A stretch of DNA of 52,394 bases from Girardia tigrina. Lineage: Eukaryota. The notes beneath the pieces are model-generated. The model was not told the origin of the DNA, made no database searches, and saw nothing but the letters and a program-made list of their open reading frames with translations. The stretch lies in contig MQRK01237968.1 in the NCBI GenBank assembly GCA_001938485.1, positions 1 to 52,394 of the forward strand. The letters run 5' to 3'. Below, in pieces: positions 1 through 13,404 of this stretch (within the stretch, counting starts at the first letter, position 1; every line of letters starts with the position of its first letter). The translations under genes were made by a program, and so were the position numbers.

Positions 1-69
1 AATTAAATTAAATTAACAGGAAAATTTGTTTTAGAAATGTGAATTGTTATATTAATAAAATTTTGGTGT

Positions 70-467
70 TTAAAAAAATGAATTCGGATATAGACGTTGC
101 AACCACTTCTCACAGGAATCATCTTCTAAATCTTTCTTGCCTCCCTTGAATTTGGCAAACCATCGCTGACATTTGCGCANAGTCAGAGATTTCGGATATA
201 CTTTATTTATGCCATAGGTGGCCTCTGTTGCCTTTAAACCGCGGTCAAATTGAAAAAGTATACAATGACGCAAATGTGACTCATCCAATTTGTCTATTTC
301 ATCAATAAAATAATATGACATTTTATCTAAAAATAGGCACAAATCAAAGTTAATACACTAACTGAAATTAATAAATAAAAATGGTAGAGTCAAAATAATG
401 TAGGCGGCAGTTAAACGATTTAGAAAAATATATCAAAAAAAACGACATAACATTTGGGTATCCCTAA
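70..467 (-). mobile_element. mariner transposon 5' fragment (TIR + HTH region of transposase)
   Basis: ORF 70..342 has a mariner N-terminal HTH (HLRHCILFQFDRGLKATEA...CQRWFAKFKGGKKDLED). TIR-like end TTAGGGATACCCAAATGTTATGTCG on minus at ~441-467, flanked by TA. Confidence 0.85.
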
Positions 468-1427
468 TAAATTATCATTTGAAATTATTTAATTATAAAT
501 GTGATATTACAAATTAAATAATCAAAACTTATTCAACTTAGCAAAAGGTTTATTTAAAGGAAAACTTCAATTAGCAAAAGATATAATTTTGAAAAACAAT
601 ACATTTCGAGAATTTCAGGCGCCCTTTAATATGAACAGAAATAAATGATAAAAAAAGTAATAGATTAAAGACGGAGACAATTTACGTAAAGTTTATAACC
701 CGTACAAAATATCCTATCTTTCAATAAAAATAATTAAATAAGTCATAAAAAATTGCCACAAACATTTGACTGAACATTGTACTTTAATAATTAAATAAAT
801 TCAATTGTATTTGAGAATTTTATAGCTAATATTTATTGTAAAACGTTTGATACATATCGAATCCTCAATGGAATTATTACGAGAATGTCGTTACTGATTT
901 TTTTTGTGTTTATCAACGGAAGGATTTTGGAAATCTTTCTTTCAAATGTCTCCAAATTCGAGACTGAAACAAACTTTGAAAGAATAAAAAACGATAGAAA
1001 TGATACATTTTAACATTTTTTTCAATTGAAAAGTTTTGCTATACACAATAAATTGATCATACATTATTAATGCTATGGATATGCAATACTGGTTTCCATT
1101 GTGCTCCGAGGAAACTCTTCTTACTCTAGTATCAAGTGAAAAAATAATAATATTAAAATATAATTTCCAGTATTTCTGCCTTTTAAAAGTCTTCCGATTC
1201 TGCTTGACCTTCCTAAAATTATTGTGGAATAAGTTAAGTCAGGAGTGACGCAATTTGTAAATATAACTTTGTAACATTTATATTGCAATGAGAAGTGAGA
1301 TCTTCATTACAATGAATGCGAATGTCTTAAAAACTAGATTAATCAAGGAGAATAAAATATAAAATAATATTTAAAATACGATCATTCATTAAACTATTAT
1401 TGCAAATCCAAGTTTTTTATACAACAA

Positions 1428-1665
1428 TAAAGACAAATTTATAAAAATAATTAGTCCTAATGTTCTTGTCTTTCTTAAGCCTTATTAATTATTCACAAGA
1501 ATAATTCTATTACAGAAAAAATAAAATAAATATAAATGATAATATTCAAGACATAAATTTACAAAATTTCAAAGTTGAGTTGATGATTGAGTAAATACAT
1601 TTATATTAATAGATTAAATGCCTTATTTTTAATCTCAAAGAAACAATATTTTCCTAAAACGTCAC
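1428..1665 (+). repeat. ~240-bp diverged direct repeat, copy 1 (copy 2 at ~3849-4065)
   Basis: Shared colinear blocks TAAAGACAAATT, TTAAGCCTTATTAATTATTC, AATAATTCTATTA-AGAAAAAATAA, ATAAATTTACAAAATTT, TTATTTTTAATCTCA. Confidence 0.75.
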
Positions 1666-1684
1666 TAGTATATATATATATATA

Positions 1685-3109
1685 CTTAGGCTGTCCCAAA
1701 AGCCCTCAGGAAGCCTTAAAAACACACTAATATTTTACCAAATTTAACCAAATTTGGACTGAATATTATTCAGACTGTCATAAATACTGTGTTAAAATTT
1801 CAAAGCAAAAAATTTGAAACTTACCAAAAAAATAATATTATTAACCAACAAAAAAAATTAGATGCAGCGAATTTAAAAATTTATTTAAAAAAATATTTTA
1901 AAAATTTCTTAAGCAACAACATATTCACCATTGTTGTCAATAACCAACTGACAATAGTTAAAAAGTTTATCTAGTTGATTTTTTAATGTTTCTGTTGATA
2001 AAGAATTAAAATAGAATTTACAAGCTTCTTCAATTTCTTCATGTGATTTTTAAAACTTTTCTTCATTTTTGAAAACAAGAATCTGTCACACAGATTAAAA
2101 TCTGTACTATAAGGCGATTGATATTTTTATTAATTTTTCTTTTTTCAAAAAGAAGAGTTGTTTCTTTGCTAGAATGAGGTCTTGCATTATCATGCCATCA
2201 CTTAAGTTCCTTTAGCTTGATGCTGTTAGATCTAAGTTTCCGCCAATTTTCACCGGTGTCATGAACAAAGTTCACATACGCCTCGGAATCAATCTTGGTA
2301 CCATATGGCAGTGCTTTTACATTAAAACGTTTGTTGCAGGTAAAGGTTACGAAAACAAGAGATTTTTTATCAGTCACTGGCGATGGTTTTATCACTTTTG
2401 GTGGAACAGCATTAGAAGGAATCCAAACTTTGTGATCTTCTTTCTTTCCTCTTGGAAAAAGACCTATGTCTCATCCTCGATCGCTATGTTGAAATATGCT
2501 TCATCACCCATCTGTGAAATTACATGGCATATATGCTTTGCAGTGTTAATGCGTTGTTGTTTATTAGCATCAGAAAGTTCGTGAGGGACCCAGACAGAGT
2601 AAACTTTTTTTGTAATGAAGTTTTTCAAGCAAAAGTTTGTGGACTGTATTTTTGCCCTAAAGAAAGTTCATTTTCAATATAACGCAAAGACGCATTTGGA
2701 GCTTCAACAATCACTTCTTTGACTGCTTTAATCTTTTCATCGTCTATTAATGACGGCCTGCGACTTCTTGATGAATCGTCGAAGGACGTCCGCTTTTCTT
2801 TCTTAAAATCAGTCAACCATTGTTGAATAGTTTTCAGTGCAGGGTGATTTGCGTCTTCCCATGCCTGCTGAAGTTGCTGAAGAATTTCTGAAGCAGAGAA
2901 TCCTCTTTTACTTTGAGTTAGAACAAAAAAACGTTGGTAACATTTATTTGGTTCCATTGTTAATAACCACTTGATTTGAATTCGCTGCACTTTTAAAATT
3001 TCAATACTTTAATGTAACAAAATTTTACTTTTTTTATACTTTGAAATTTTAACACAGTATTTATGAGAGTCTGAATAATATTCAGTCCAAATTTGGTTAA
3101 ATTTGGTAA
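1685..3109 (-). mobile_element. divergent mariner-like element with long (>=71 bp) inverted repeats; decayed transposase
   Basis: Minus-strand pieces: HTH (2625-2990), VWVPHEL (~2580-2600), IEDETY, HDNARPH (~2175-2195), PYSTDFNLCD. Inverted repeat 1735-1805 / 3039-3109 with 1 mismatch. Confidence 0.85.
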
Positions 3110-3350
3110 TAATTTTTTTAATAAGATAATAATTTTTAATCATTACTAATTCGTAAATCATACTAATTAGTAAAAATTTTAAATATTTACTACAATAAAA
3201 AGAGCAAAATAATTTCATCTAACAAATGAAACTCCAACGTGCTTACTTTTAATATTAAATTTGATTATCTTCATCGAAAGTTTTTAAAATTAATTTTTTT
3301 CTGATATTTTTTCATGGGCCGTTGTGTCGGGTAAAAAATTACTAAATATA

Positions 3351-3459
3351 TATAACGGATATCGCCAAATAGTATCACGAAAAATTTTTTAAATTGGTGA
3401 TATTATTTGGGTCGTGATACTATACAGGTCGGTGATACTAATTGGCGATATCCGTTATA
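3351..3459. mobile_element. ~110-bp MITE with ~28-bp TIR
   Basis: TATAACGGATATCGCCAAATAGTATCAC ... GTGATACTAATTGGCGATATCCGTTATA, with internal GTGATA(C/T)TA repeats, in a TA context. Confidence 0.75.
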
Positions 3460-3848
3460 TTTATATATCATTTATTCTGGAATATTAAGATTAAAAATAT
3501 TTTTAAATTTTCAAATTTTAAAAATTTATGAATACAAGAGAAATTTTCAAATATGAACATTTAGCTTTTCAGTCATACACGGCGGATCCTTTCCTTGTTT
3601 TATTTACGTTTATGTTTTATTTACTTACCTAAATTTTTCATTTAGAAATAAGTATAACAATTTATCCTTGATTGAGTGAAAAATTATTAAAAAAATATTC
3701 TTAATTTGTTTCGACGTGTTCAAGTTTCAAGAATTTAATGTTTTTTATACTAAGTATAAATTTAACTTTTCTGTTTTTAACTATTCTCTAAAAAGTAATA
3801 ATTTCTATATAAAAATGAATATTTTCTTTATAGAAGCGAGTAAAGGTC

Positions 3849-4065
3849 TAAAGACAAATTGATAAAACTAATTGTCTTATTTAAGCCTTATTAATTATTC
3901 CCACAAATAATTCTATTAAAGAAAAAATAATAAATATAAATAATATTATACAAGAAAAATAAATTTACAAAATTTACAAAAGATTGTGTATCGAAATTAG
4001 CATTAATAAATTCAATGTTTTATTTTTAATCTCATAGCAAAAACCATTTGTTTACCAAAGTCTCG
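3849..4065 (+). repeat. ~220-bp diverged direct repeat, copy 2
   Basis: Colinear match to 1428-1665. Confidence 0.75.
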
Positions 4066-5439
4066 TGCAAGTAAAAGGGAATTAAAATCTAAAAGTAAAG
4101 ATAATACGAGAATATTCATTACTTGAAAATGTTTTTTTTGATGATAGTTTTGTTGTAAAAAATATTTTCGAAAAATAGACATGGAAAAAAAGCAGACGAT
4201 CACAATGCATTAAGCATGACATAAACTAAATATAGGAAAATTTACTGAAACAAAGTACGCTATAAAAAATCATCATCCTCATTATGATTCATGTAAACAT
4301 AGAATACAGAAAAGGAAGAATATACTAATAATAAAGAAAGGAAACAATTTTGATTGAAGAAAAATGTAAGAGTTAAATAGAAATAAATCATGAAAACATT
4401 ATCAATCTCTCCCGTGCGACCAATGGATTAGGGAATCATGTTTTCGTTATTTGAGTTGAAGGAGAACAACAAATATTTGATAAAACATTAGAAGAAAATT
4501 TTTATAAATGTAAAAAAAAATATTTCGAGTTAGAATCACGTGTAAAGAAAAAGATGAGTAAAAAGAATAAAAATGGAAAAAAGAAGTCTCCATTTTTGTA
4601 TTTTTTATTAATGTAATTATTAAATAATATTTTATGTTTTAGTATAATTAATTTAACAGACTTTATTTATTTTAATTATTTTTTTTAATTTTAAAATTGT
4701 ATTTATATAATTTAATTTAATTTTATTTCATGTCGTCTACACAATAGAAAAAATATCATTTTGTTGTAAATGTCTTTTTGGTTTTCTTGAATTTTTTTTA
4801 CAATAAATTATATAAATATTAATTTTATATTTTAATGGATAATTTGATTTAGTAAAATTGATTGTGTACTGTGAACAAGGAGTCTGAGTGCTCCATTTTA
4901 ACAATGGTTTTAGACTTCGAATAACATCTTCTTCGAAAATTACATAGTTTATTTCGCAGAATTATGTTTGCAAAATACTCATAGGGTCACTTCTAGGGCC
5001 CCCTGAATCAATAATTAATAAGAATATTTTTCAATTATATTATCTTTTTTGTAAATGTTTAATGTCTCAATTTAAGTATTAAGTTGACTAATTAAAAGAT
5101 TTTTTCTCTTTTATTCTCGGTTTTCACAAATTTGATTTATTTAATATAAATGAATTAAATAATATTAATTAGAATTTACGTGGCTAGACCGTTAATTATA
5201 AGGAAGATGCAACATATTTTTTTGAAAATTTTTAGGGTTAAATTATAATTTATATAGGTGATGAAAATCAAATGTATTTTAATATATTATATTGTGTATG
5301 TTTTACTCACAGTTAATCAATATTTAACTCATTTCGTTCTTTTCTCCAAGGAATCCCATTGAGTACCGTAGAGTAATGAAACTTTTTCTTCTACCGAGAG
5401 ACAGGAAATAAAAATTATTTTCGGAACTCATTGTCTTGC

Positions 5440-6160
5440 AAAACAGCAGTATGCGATTGGATTACTCTATTAAAACGTGCTCGGACTGTCGTTTTGACCC
5501 GGAGATACCAGGAACATCAGTGGAAATTGATCAAGAAACATTCGTGTGGTACTCTCTGTTAGAGAATACAAATATACAGTTGTAATGTTGGTGGAAGTAA
5601 AATGACAGAACACTGATAGATTTTAAATCTTAATATAAATATAAGCTTAAACTCTACCTACCTTTCAAGCAGAAGAGACTTTAACTGAATTTATGAGGAC
5701 AGCCGTAGGTTGGTCTATTTCTTACATTTCTAAGACATTAAAAAAGATATTTATGTCTTTTTACATGTTTAGATAGCAGAGCTTTACATCTTACAGTTTC
5801 TTTTAGACTTAACACCGATTCATTTGCAAGAGTGTTCTATCGATTTATTGTCTGCTGAGCAACTCATAAGTTTATGTCGAATGAATATTTAAGCCTCTAG
5901 GTACTCCGCACTTTGGAGGCTTACAAAGTAATGATCAGAGAAGCAAAAAGATTAATGAAATTGATTGTCGGTGAGGCGGATATCAATCATGAGAAATTTA
6001 TTTCTGTTAAAATCGAGATAGAAAGGCGGTTAAATGGTAGGCTGCTTCTGATGGTAAATTATGATATCAAAGAAAGTGCTAAACTGACTTCAAGTCACTT
6101 TCTGAGAGCTGAATGCGCAGGAGTGGATAAACGGTCTCACATATCGTTTTCCGTGACTAG
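5440..6160 (+). mobile_element. BEL/Pao LTR-retrotransposon integrase remnant
   Basis: Translated motifs ...FTCLDSRALHL, PLGTPHFGG, IEIERRLNGRLL...KLTSSHFL match the BEL/Pao integrase pattern (FTCLxTRAVHLE; PHFGGxWER; EIExxLNSRPL...LTPxHFL). Confidence 0.85.
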
Positions 6161-6179
6161 ATGAAAAAAACGGTGGAGA

Positions 6180-6660
6180 CATATGCACCTCGATAGGGGG
6201 GGGACAAGGGAGGTGCAAATGCCCCCACTCTGGAAAAAATTAAATGTGTAAGAAAAAAAAATTTAAATAGTAAATTAAATTTCACAGTAGATGCTAAATT
6301 TTTGTTTGCATATTGGAACGATAAACCCATAAATGACATTCAAAATCTGATTTTCTTAGATTTCGTCGACCTTCGTCAGTATTTTATCATTCTGTTTCTT
6401 TGGCCTTTACTTTGGCATTGACACTTCCAGCTACTACTTGTACAGTAGAGAGATCAATTTGAATATTTTCTTTTTAATGTTGTTCATTGTGTAAGCTTTG
6501 GTTTAGTAATGTGATTTATGTTTTTATGATTTCGAAATTGATGAGAAGGAAAATAAATAAATAAATAAATTGCTATTTTTAAAAAAATTCTATCCAGTAG
6601 AAGTTTTAAAATTTGACCCCCCATAGAACAAATCTATCTAAGGATGTAAGCATCTTTATG
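6180..6660 (+). mobile_element. non-autonomous hAT deletion derivative
   Basis: G-run/C-run subterminal end (CATATGCACC...GGGGGGGACAAGGGAGGTGCAAATGCCCCC). Internal TLPATTCTVERS (6421-6456) matches the hAT C-terminal dimerisation motif. Confidence 0.65.
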
Positions 6661-6797
6661 ACTGTGGATCCGATCACGATTGCGTAGTCTTATATCTAAA
6701 AACAAAAAGATATTAGACAGCTAGTACGACATGGAAGCCGAAAAAAGAATTGCCTAAAAGCATTTAGAGAGATCTTGTAACTCGTGACCACGAAAAT

Positions 6798-7370
6798 TTG
6801 TCGTCCAAGCTTCAGCGAACCATTGGGGAAGCAGAACCAGAATGGGAAAACACAGTGAAAGTTATTAAAGCACTACTTGAAAAGTACCGGAAGGTCAAAA
6901 GGACATCTCTAAAGGCAAACTGGTTATATAGTCACAGAACTGAACTAAGTCATCTCATAAACGAAAGGAGTCACCACAGAAAGAAATGGATATTGCACCC
7001 TTCCGCAGAAATTCTGCAGTGCTGGAGAGCCGCACGAAGCAAGGTAAACTATTCCATTTGTAAATGGAAGAGAGAAAGATTGATCAATCTGCAATCATTC
7101 TCCACCGTGGAAAATAATAAAAATCTCCAAGATTTAACCGAACTATTTTTGGAAAATGCTGACATAAACAAGAATGATATCGTCGATTTTATTGAATTCG
7201 TTCGATATGTTGAAACTCAAGATGAAATATTAAATCTTGCCTTTTGTGATATCATGGCAGTATTCCACCGTTTTAAAATTTCTATATCAAACGAGGGAAC
7301 AGATAAATTGTTTTGCTGGGTTGATAAAGACTCTGATATCTTAGAAAGGATCTTTCACTACTGAAACCAC
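6798..7370 (+). pseudogene. chimeric ORF: LINE ORF2 linker fragment (~6798-7095) fused in frame to a SCaMC-like EF-hand fragment (~7120-7370)
   Basis: N-half resembles the LINE endonuclease-RT linker (W...L..LI.ER...RKKW...P......WRAARSKV...I..WK). C-half ADINKNDIVDFIEFVRYV...LNLAF...ISIS....KLF..VDKD..DI.ERIFHY*NH follows the N-terminal domain of Ca-binding mitochondrial carriers, with deletions. Confidence 0.55.
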
Positions 7371-8554
7371 GAACAGGATCGCTTTTAGATTAGTATTTAT
7401 AAAAGTACCTGAAAAAATATCAGTGGGATATATTTCTCTGATGTTGATGACGTTCACAGATTCATTGATAACTAGTTTGCTAAGAAAGATTTCACTTTCC
7501 TCATTTAAGTATATGACGGACTGTTAGCACCACGTTAAAGAAAGTTTATATCGGTTGATGGCGGATACATAGAAAAGTGATTAATACATATTCTTAGGTA
7601 CTATAATCATTGTTAGTCCGAGGAATTCGAATGAACTACGTATATTTTTATTTTGTAATATATTTATAAAACTAGTATATTTGTATGTAAAATTAGATTA
7701 TCATTAAACAGATTGATTTTTGTTAATTTTTTTCAATTGTCTTATCTAAACTTATAATTTTCCATAAAAAACACTTTTTTAGTATTTTCCATGAATTAAA
7801 ATCTTTTTGTAAAATTGCAGTAATTATAGAGAAATAAAATTCCAATTAAATTGATTTCCTTATAAACAATTAAAAAATACACTTTTATTAAAATGGAATA
7901 TAAATTAATCATAAAAATATTTTTTTTAAAATTAAAAATAAAAACATTAAAAAAAAATAAAAACTGCACATGGCGTTTAATTTAATTATTTAAATGTGAC
8001 ATAAAAAATTAAATAATAATATATAAGTGAATATTAAGTATTTTATTAAATTCAATTCATTCTAAAATTATCTGACATGACGTGTATTATTTTTTATTTT
8101 TTTTAAAATTTATTAATTATTATGAGAACTTAACATCTTCTACCAATTTAATTAATTTATTTATTAATTTATTAAAAAGGATGTGACTGGAGGTTTGTTT
8201 TAATTTGCGAATCTACTCTCATCATTTATTTTAAATGAAAATTAGCTTAAATAAATAAATTGTAATTAATATGATTAATTAGACAACATTTTAAATAGGG
8301 TCTAAAATCACAATGGCGATTTCTATAGAAACCGTTTTTAATTTTTTATTCTCTCCAAGATGAATAAATAAATTTCCACAATTATTTTTACAAATTGATT
8401 TGTGACAGAAATTTTGGTTTATTACTCTTTTGTTGATTTATTTTTATTAATTAATCTTTCCCTTTGAAATGGAAAACTTTTATCTTTTCATAAAATGTGA
8501 TTAAACTTGATATTTATATTTCTCATTATATATAATTAAAATATTAAAAAAGTT

Positions 8555-8596
8555 ATATTTATATTTATATTTATATTTATATTTATACTTATATTT
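8555..8596. repeat. (ATATTT)n microsatellite
   Basis: Direct reading of the tandem hexamer. Confidence 0.9.
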
Positions 8597-9826
8597 TTCT
8601 TATCCTTTAACAGTCGATAATGAAAGGCCTAAATTTATGACGCCACTCCAGTACGTAGAAAAAGGATAAATAATTAATATATTCAAATTATAATAATTAT
8701 AATTATTTATAAATTAAAATTTAAAAAATATAATGTATAAAAAACGATATTTAAATTAGGATTATCGAAGAATTAAATAATAAGAAATGTATATTTTTTA
8801 CTTTTATTCTCTCCTTGTCATTGTTGGTTTTCAATTTTTTCCTACAAATAAATCATCTCGAGAATCGGTTATTGAACTTTCGCCTTAAAATCCAAAAATT
8901 TGAAGAATCTATTTTTGCAAAATTATTCAAACTCAACCTTTGTTCGTAACATCTGTTGGATCTCGTCCATTTGTTTTTTTTAAATATTAATGTGCTCATG
9001 TGACAACGAAAATATTCAGAGATGGACGGTAAAAATTAGAAAGAAAAATTGAAGGCTGCATTTTACTAAAGAAAAATCAATTCTGGATACAATGAAGGAG
9101 TTGGTAAACTTATGGTGGGGATCATCCAATCCAGAAGAAACATACAAAAAAGCAGAAGGACTTGTGAATATACTAACAAAAGAAAAATTGTATAAAAAAG
9201 AACTACTCAACCTTGCCGGTTTAAATATGGTTGACAGTTATGAAATCAAAAAAGAATTAAAACTGAGGGGAACAACTGAAAAAAATTATATAAAAAGCGT
9301 AGTTACCAATATGTATGAACTACGTAAAATGGAAAGTGCGGAAACAGTGGCAGCATATACGACGGTAAATAAATAAGATAATTGGAACACTGTAACTAGA
9401 CGGAAAAGTGTACACAATGAAAGAACCCCGCATAGACATTACGAACACAACAATAGGAACCAAGGAAATAATGGATTCAAACCGAAAAACAATTATTACA
9501 GAACTGTAAAATGGTATATCTGTCAAGAAGAAGGCCACATAAGAATAGATTACCAAAGTGTGAAGTGTACTCACTGCAACAGAAATGGCCATTATAGAAC
9601 TCAATGTTATCTCATCAAGAATAAATTTAAGGAAAGAGATCAGCACAGTAGAAACAGCGATTGGAAGAAAAAAAATAATGCAGGATACCATAATAGACCT
9701 CAAAATCATCAATACCCAGTTGCGGAAATCGATGAATGCAATGACGACAGCGAATACTAGATTAAATCAAGGAAAGTTAACTAAAAGGGTCTTCCCAGAT
9801 AAGAGACAATGGTATGAAAATAATCA

Positions 9827-9873
9827 GGGAAACGAGGAGGCACGATCGCAAGGAGAGATTATCAATGTGCTTC
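9827..9873 (+). promoter_or_regulatory. candidate -1 ribosomal frameshift signal (gag-pol)
   Basis: Slippery heptamer G GGA AAC 9827-9833 in the gag-end frame. The -1 frame is the protease frame. Downstream stem GAGGCAC (9837-9843) / GTGCTTC (9867-9873). Confidence 0.7.
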
Positions 9874-12800
9874 ATTAAGTGATAAAAATAAGTATAATGG
9901 TTTGTGTGATTGTGTATGTGAATGTGTATGTGATTGTATATGTAATTTTATGACTGGAAATAACCCCCTCGAAGTTTTTAAATTAGATTGTTGAAAAGAA
10001 GAATGTGAAGGAAACTGTTTTAGTAGTAAAATGGAAGAAAAAAGAAGCAAAACGAAGAATGAAGAAATTTTAAAAATAACAAAGCTTAACATTAAATATG
10101 ACAAACTGGATGGTAAACCAAGTATAAATTTTTACATTAAAGAAAGAGAAGTACACTGTCTTTTAGACACCGGTGCTAGAGTAAATGTGATTGAATTAAG
10201 TTTAATTAAAAACATACCAAATATTAGGATTAGAGAATGGCGAAGACGTTTAGCATGCGCAAATGCTTCGGAATTAATAAATTATGGAACAGTACTCTTG
10301 AAGATTAAAATTGAAGGGAACCAAAAGAATATAAAATTCTATGTTGTCAAAGGAATGAACCCAGAAATAATAGCAGGAGTGAACTTTTTGAATAATTTTG
10401 GGATAAAGCTGATTAAGAAATCAATACAAAATAGTGATGTATTTATGATAAGGGATAGCCTATCCGATGAAAACAGATTGAAAAGGATAACGGACCTATA
10501 CGGAGGTAAGGTCGATGATCAGTTAATGAACATTATGAAAAAGTTTAAGTCGATATTCATGGCAGATAAATGGGATATTGGGAAAACATCATTGACAAAA
10601 CACAAAATAGAAACTAATGGTGAACCGGTATTAGTAAAGCCGTATAGACAACCAAGACATTTTGATGAAAAATTAGACGAAGTTATTAAAATTTTGAAGA
10701 AAATGATATAATCGAAAATTGTAGTTCACCATGGAACTTTCCATTGGTATGCGTCTGGAAGAAAGAGAAACAAGAAATACGAGTGTGCATGGATTTTCGA
10801 CAATTAAATAAAGTTACTCTCAGACGAGCATTCCCTATGCCAAATGTGAATGATATGTTGAATACATTGAATGGTACCAAGTATTTCACTACAATTGACT
10901 TGGGAAACGCATACTATCAAGTTGAACTTGATGAAGAATCCGGCAACCTTTCAAGAACTAATGGGGAAAATACTTGGGGAATTGAACTAGAAGGAAGCAG
11001 TCGTATATCTAGACGATATCTTGATATTTTCTAAAGATAAGAACGAACATCTACAAAGAATAAAGAATGTGTTTCAAAAAATCAAAAAATCAGTTTCGAG
11101 GATAAATCCAGAGAAATTTCAATTTCTAGTAGAAAAGACCAAGTTTTGGGGTTATGTAATAAGTAAAGATGGTATAGAAACTGATGAAACAAAGATTGAT
11201 GCGATTAACAAGTTTCAAAACCCATCATATATTAAACATCTAAGGAGTTTCTTGGGTTTGACAAATTATTACAAGAAATTCATAAAAGATTATGCAAGAT
11301 ATTCGAAACTTTTAGAATGCATGTGTGGTAAAAACAAGGATGAGAAAATAATATGGACAAAAGAATGTGACGAAGCTTTTCAGAGATTAAAAGAAAGAAT
11401 GGTTCAAACTCCAATCTTGGCGTATCCAGACTTCGATAAAGAATTTATATTGGACACAGACNNNNNNNNNNNNNNNNNNNNNNNNNNNNNNNNNNNNNNN
11501 NNNNNNNNNNNNNNNNNNNNNNNNNNNNNNNNNTGGTTCTCATAAGATGAATAAACATGAACTTGGTTATTGCATTACCAGAAAAGAATTACTAGCGATA
11601 TATTATTTCACTCAGCATTTTAAGCATTTCTTATATGGGAAAAGATTCTTGTTGCGAACAGACGACAATTATAATTGTTAATTATTTTTATTTTGTATTG
11701 ATTACGAAACAAGTTCACGTAACAATACCTGTTCTGTTAGCTTGTTTCTTGTAGGTAGATACAACAATCTGCAAATTGCTTAATATGTCTTAATATAATA
11801 ATTATTATCGTAACTAAAATTTATTCTGAACTATATCAGAAGGGAAAAAAATATCAAGAGTATTGAGTGTTATATCAAGATAAACAGAAATCAGGTTTGA
11901 TAGGGAAATAAGAATAGTTAGTATATCACTAACTGCTTATGTTCAAAGGCTTCTTCTTTAAGGGTATTGTTGGCGCTAATGGAGTGCAATAAATTCACCT
12001 TGATTTGATGAAAGGGTCTTGAAATTCTTGTTGGAAAGAACTATTCTTGTCGTATTTGATAAAGACTTCGAAGGTAAATAGTAGGAAATATTTGAGTTCT
12101 TCAGAATAGAACTTGAACGTAGCTATAACACTTGGATTAAAGGCTTGACGTTGAAAATCCACGAAATAATAAATAATAATCCACGAAATCTAAGGTAATT
12201 ATTTTAATCAATTTTTTTATTGATTTCTTTATTTATTTTTGCAACCTCAATAGTTTTATCTTCAGATATGTGGGAGATGGACTTCTTAATGTGATATTTA
12301 GAAACAGAATCCTCCTGATTCTTATATTTTTTCCTATCTTGAAAATCTGATTTTAAGTCGTTTTAATCAGAACTGCCTTTATTTTTTTAACTGATTTTGG
12401 ACACTTTTTGGACAAAGCATTCCATTTTTATCACTAATTGATGTAAGGTTTGAACTGCTTCTAACTTGGTCAGAAGACTCTTTATCGGGTTTCCAATCAC
12501 TCGATTTATCTGATTTTGCTTTGATCTTATCTGAATTTGATCCGCGTTTGTCTTATTTTTCTTTCATAGACTGATAATAATTTAATTTAATTTTTTTGAC
12601 TATTTGAAATTTTTATTTCATTTATTTATTCATTTTGTTTTATTTAAATAAAAATTATTTTTATTTTTGTATTGAATTAATTGGTTTTACACAGATGAAC
12701 CTTTTCAGAAGATATATATTGACTTTTGTGGTCCATTCAAGATAAATGTTAATGGATACCAGTATATTTTGGCGATAATTGATCAATTTAGCCGATATAT

Positions 12801-13404
12801 TAGCCTGAATGCAGTTGCTCACCAAGACGAGAAAACGCTACGGAAAATATTGCTGGATAGATGGATATATAAATATGGACCACCTAAAGAAATCCATGTG
12901 GATAGAGGCAAAACATTTGAATCAGAACTATTTAAAGAAACACTGAAGAAGTTTAAGATAGAAGTATTTTATTCAAGCCCGTATCACCACAATGTCAATG
13001 GAATTATAGAACGACAATTTAGAATAATTAGAGATGCTCTTAATATCAGAATAAAGGATGAAACGCATAGAGATTGGACGGAAGTAATGTCAAAAATAGA
13101 AGTTATGATGAAAAGTACCATTCAAGCCACGACACGTATCTCACCAGCAGAAATAATATATGGAAGGAAATTAAGACATTGGTGGAAAAAGAAAGAAGAT
13201 AAAAGAAACCAAATGGGAAAAGAAGAAAAAGCTCCAAAAACGAGAAGAATTTTTAAAGTTAGAGACCAGGAATAAACGACCGATATATTGGCCCTGCATT
13301 GATAATAAGACGGAGACATGAAAGAAGTTACGAATTGCAACTCGACAATGGTAAAATACTAATAAGAAATGTAGAATGACTAAAGCCATTTAAATCGAGA
13401 GGGA

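Noticed and set aside
5361-5374. 14-mer GAGTACCGTAGAGT shared with ~23135
   Set aside because: No extension into the flanks; compatible with chance or an unresolvable old repeat.
7960-8660. 5' LTR/PBS of the 9020 Gypsy (ACA|TGGCGT at ~7971; TGACGCCAC at ~8638)
   Set aside because: No upstream similarity to the 13405 LTR, and no convincing tRNA complement beyond a few bases.
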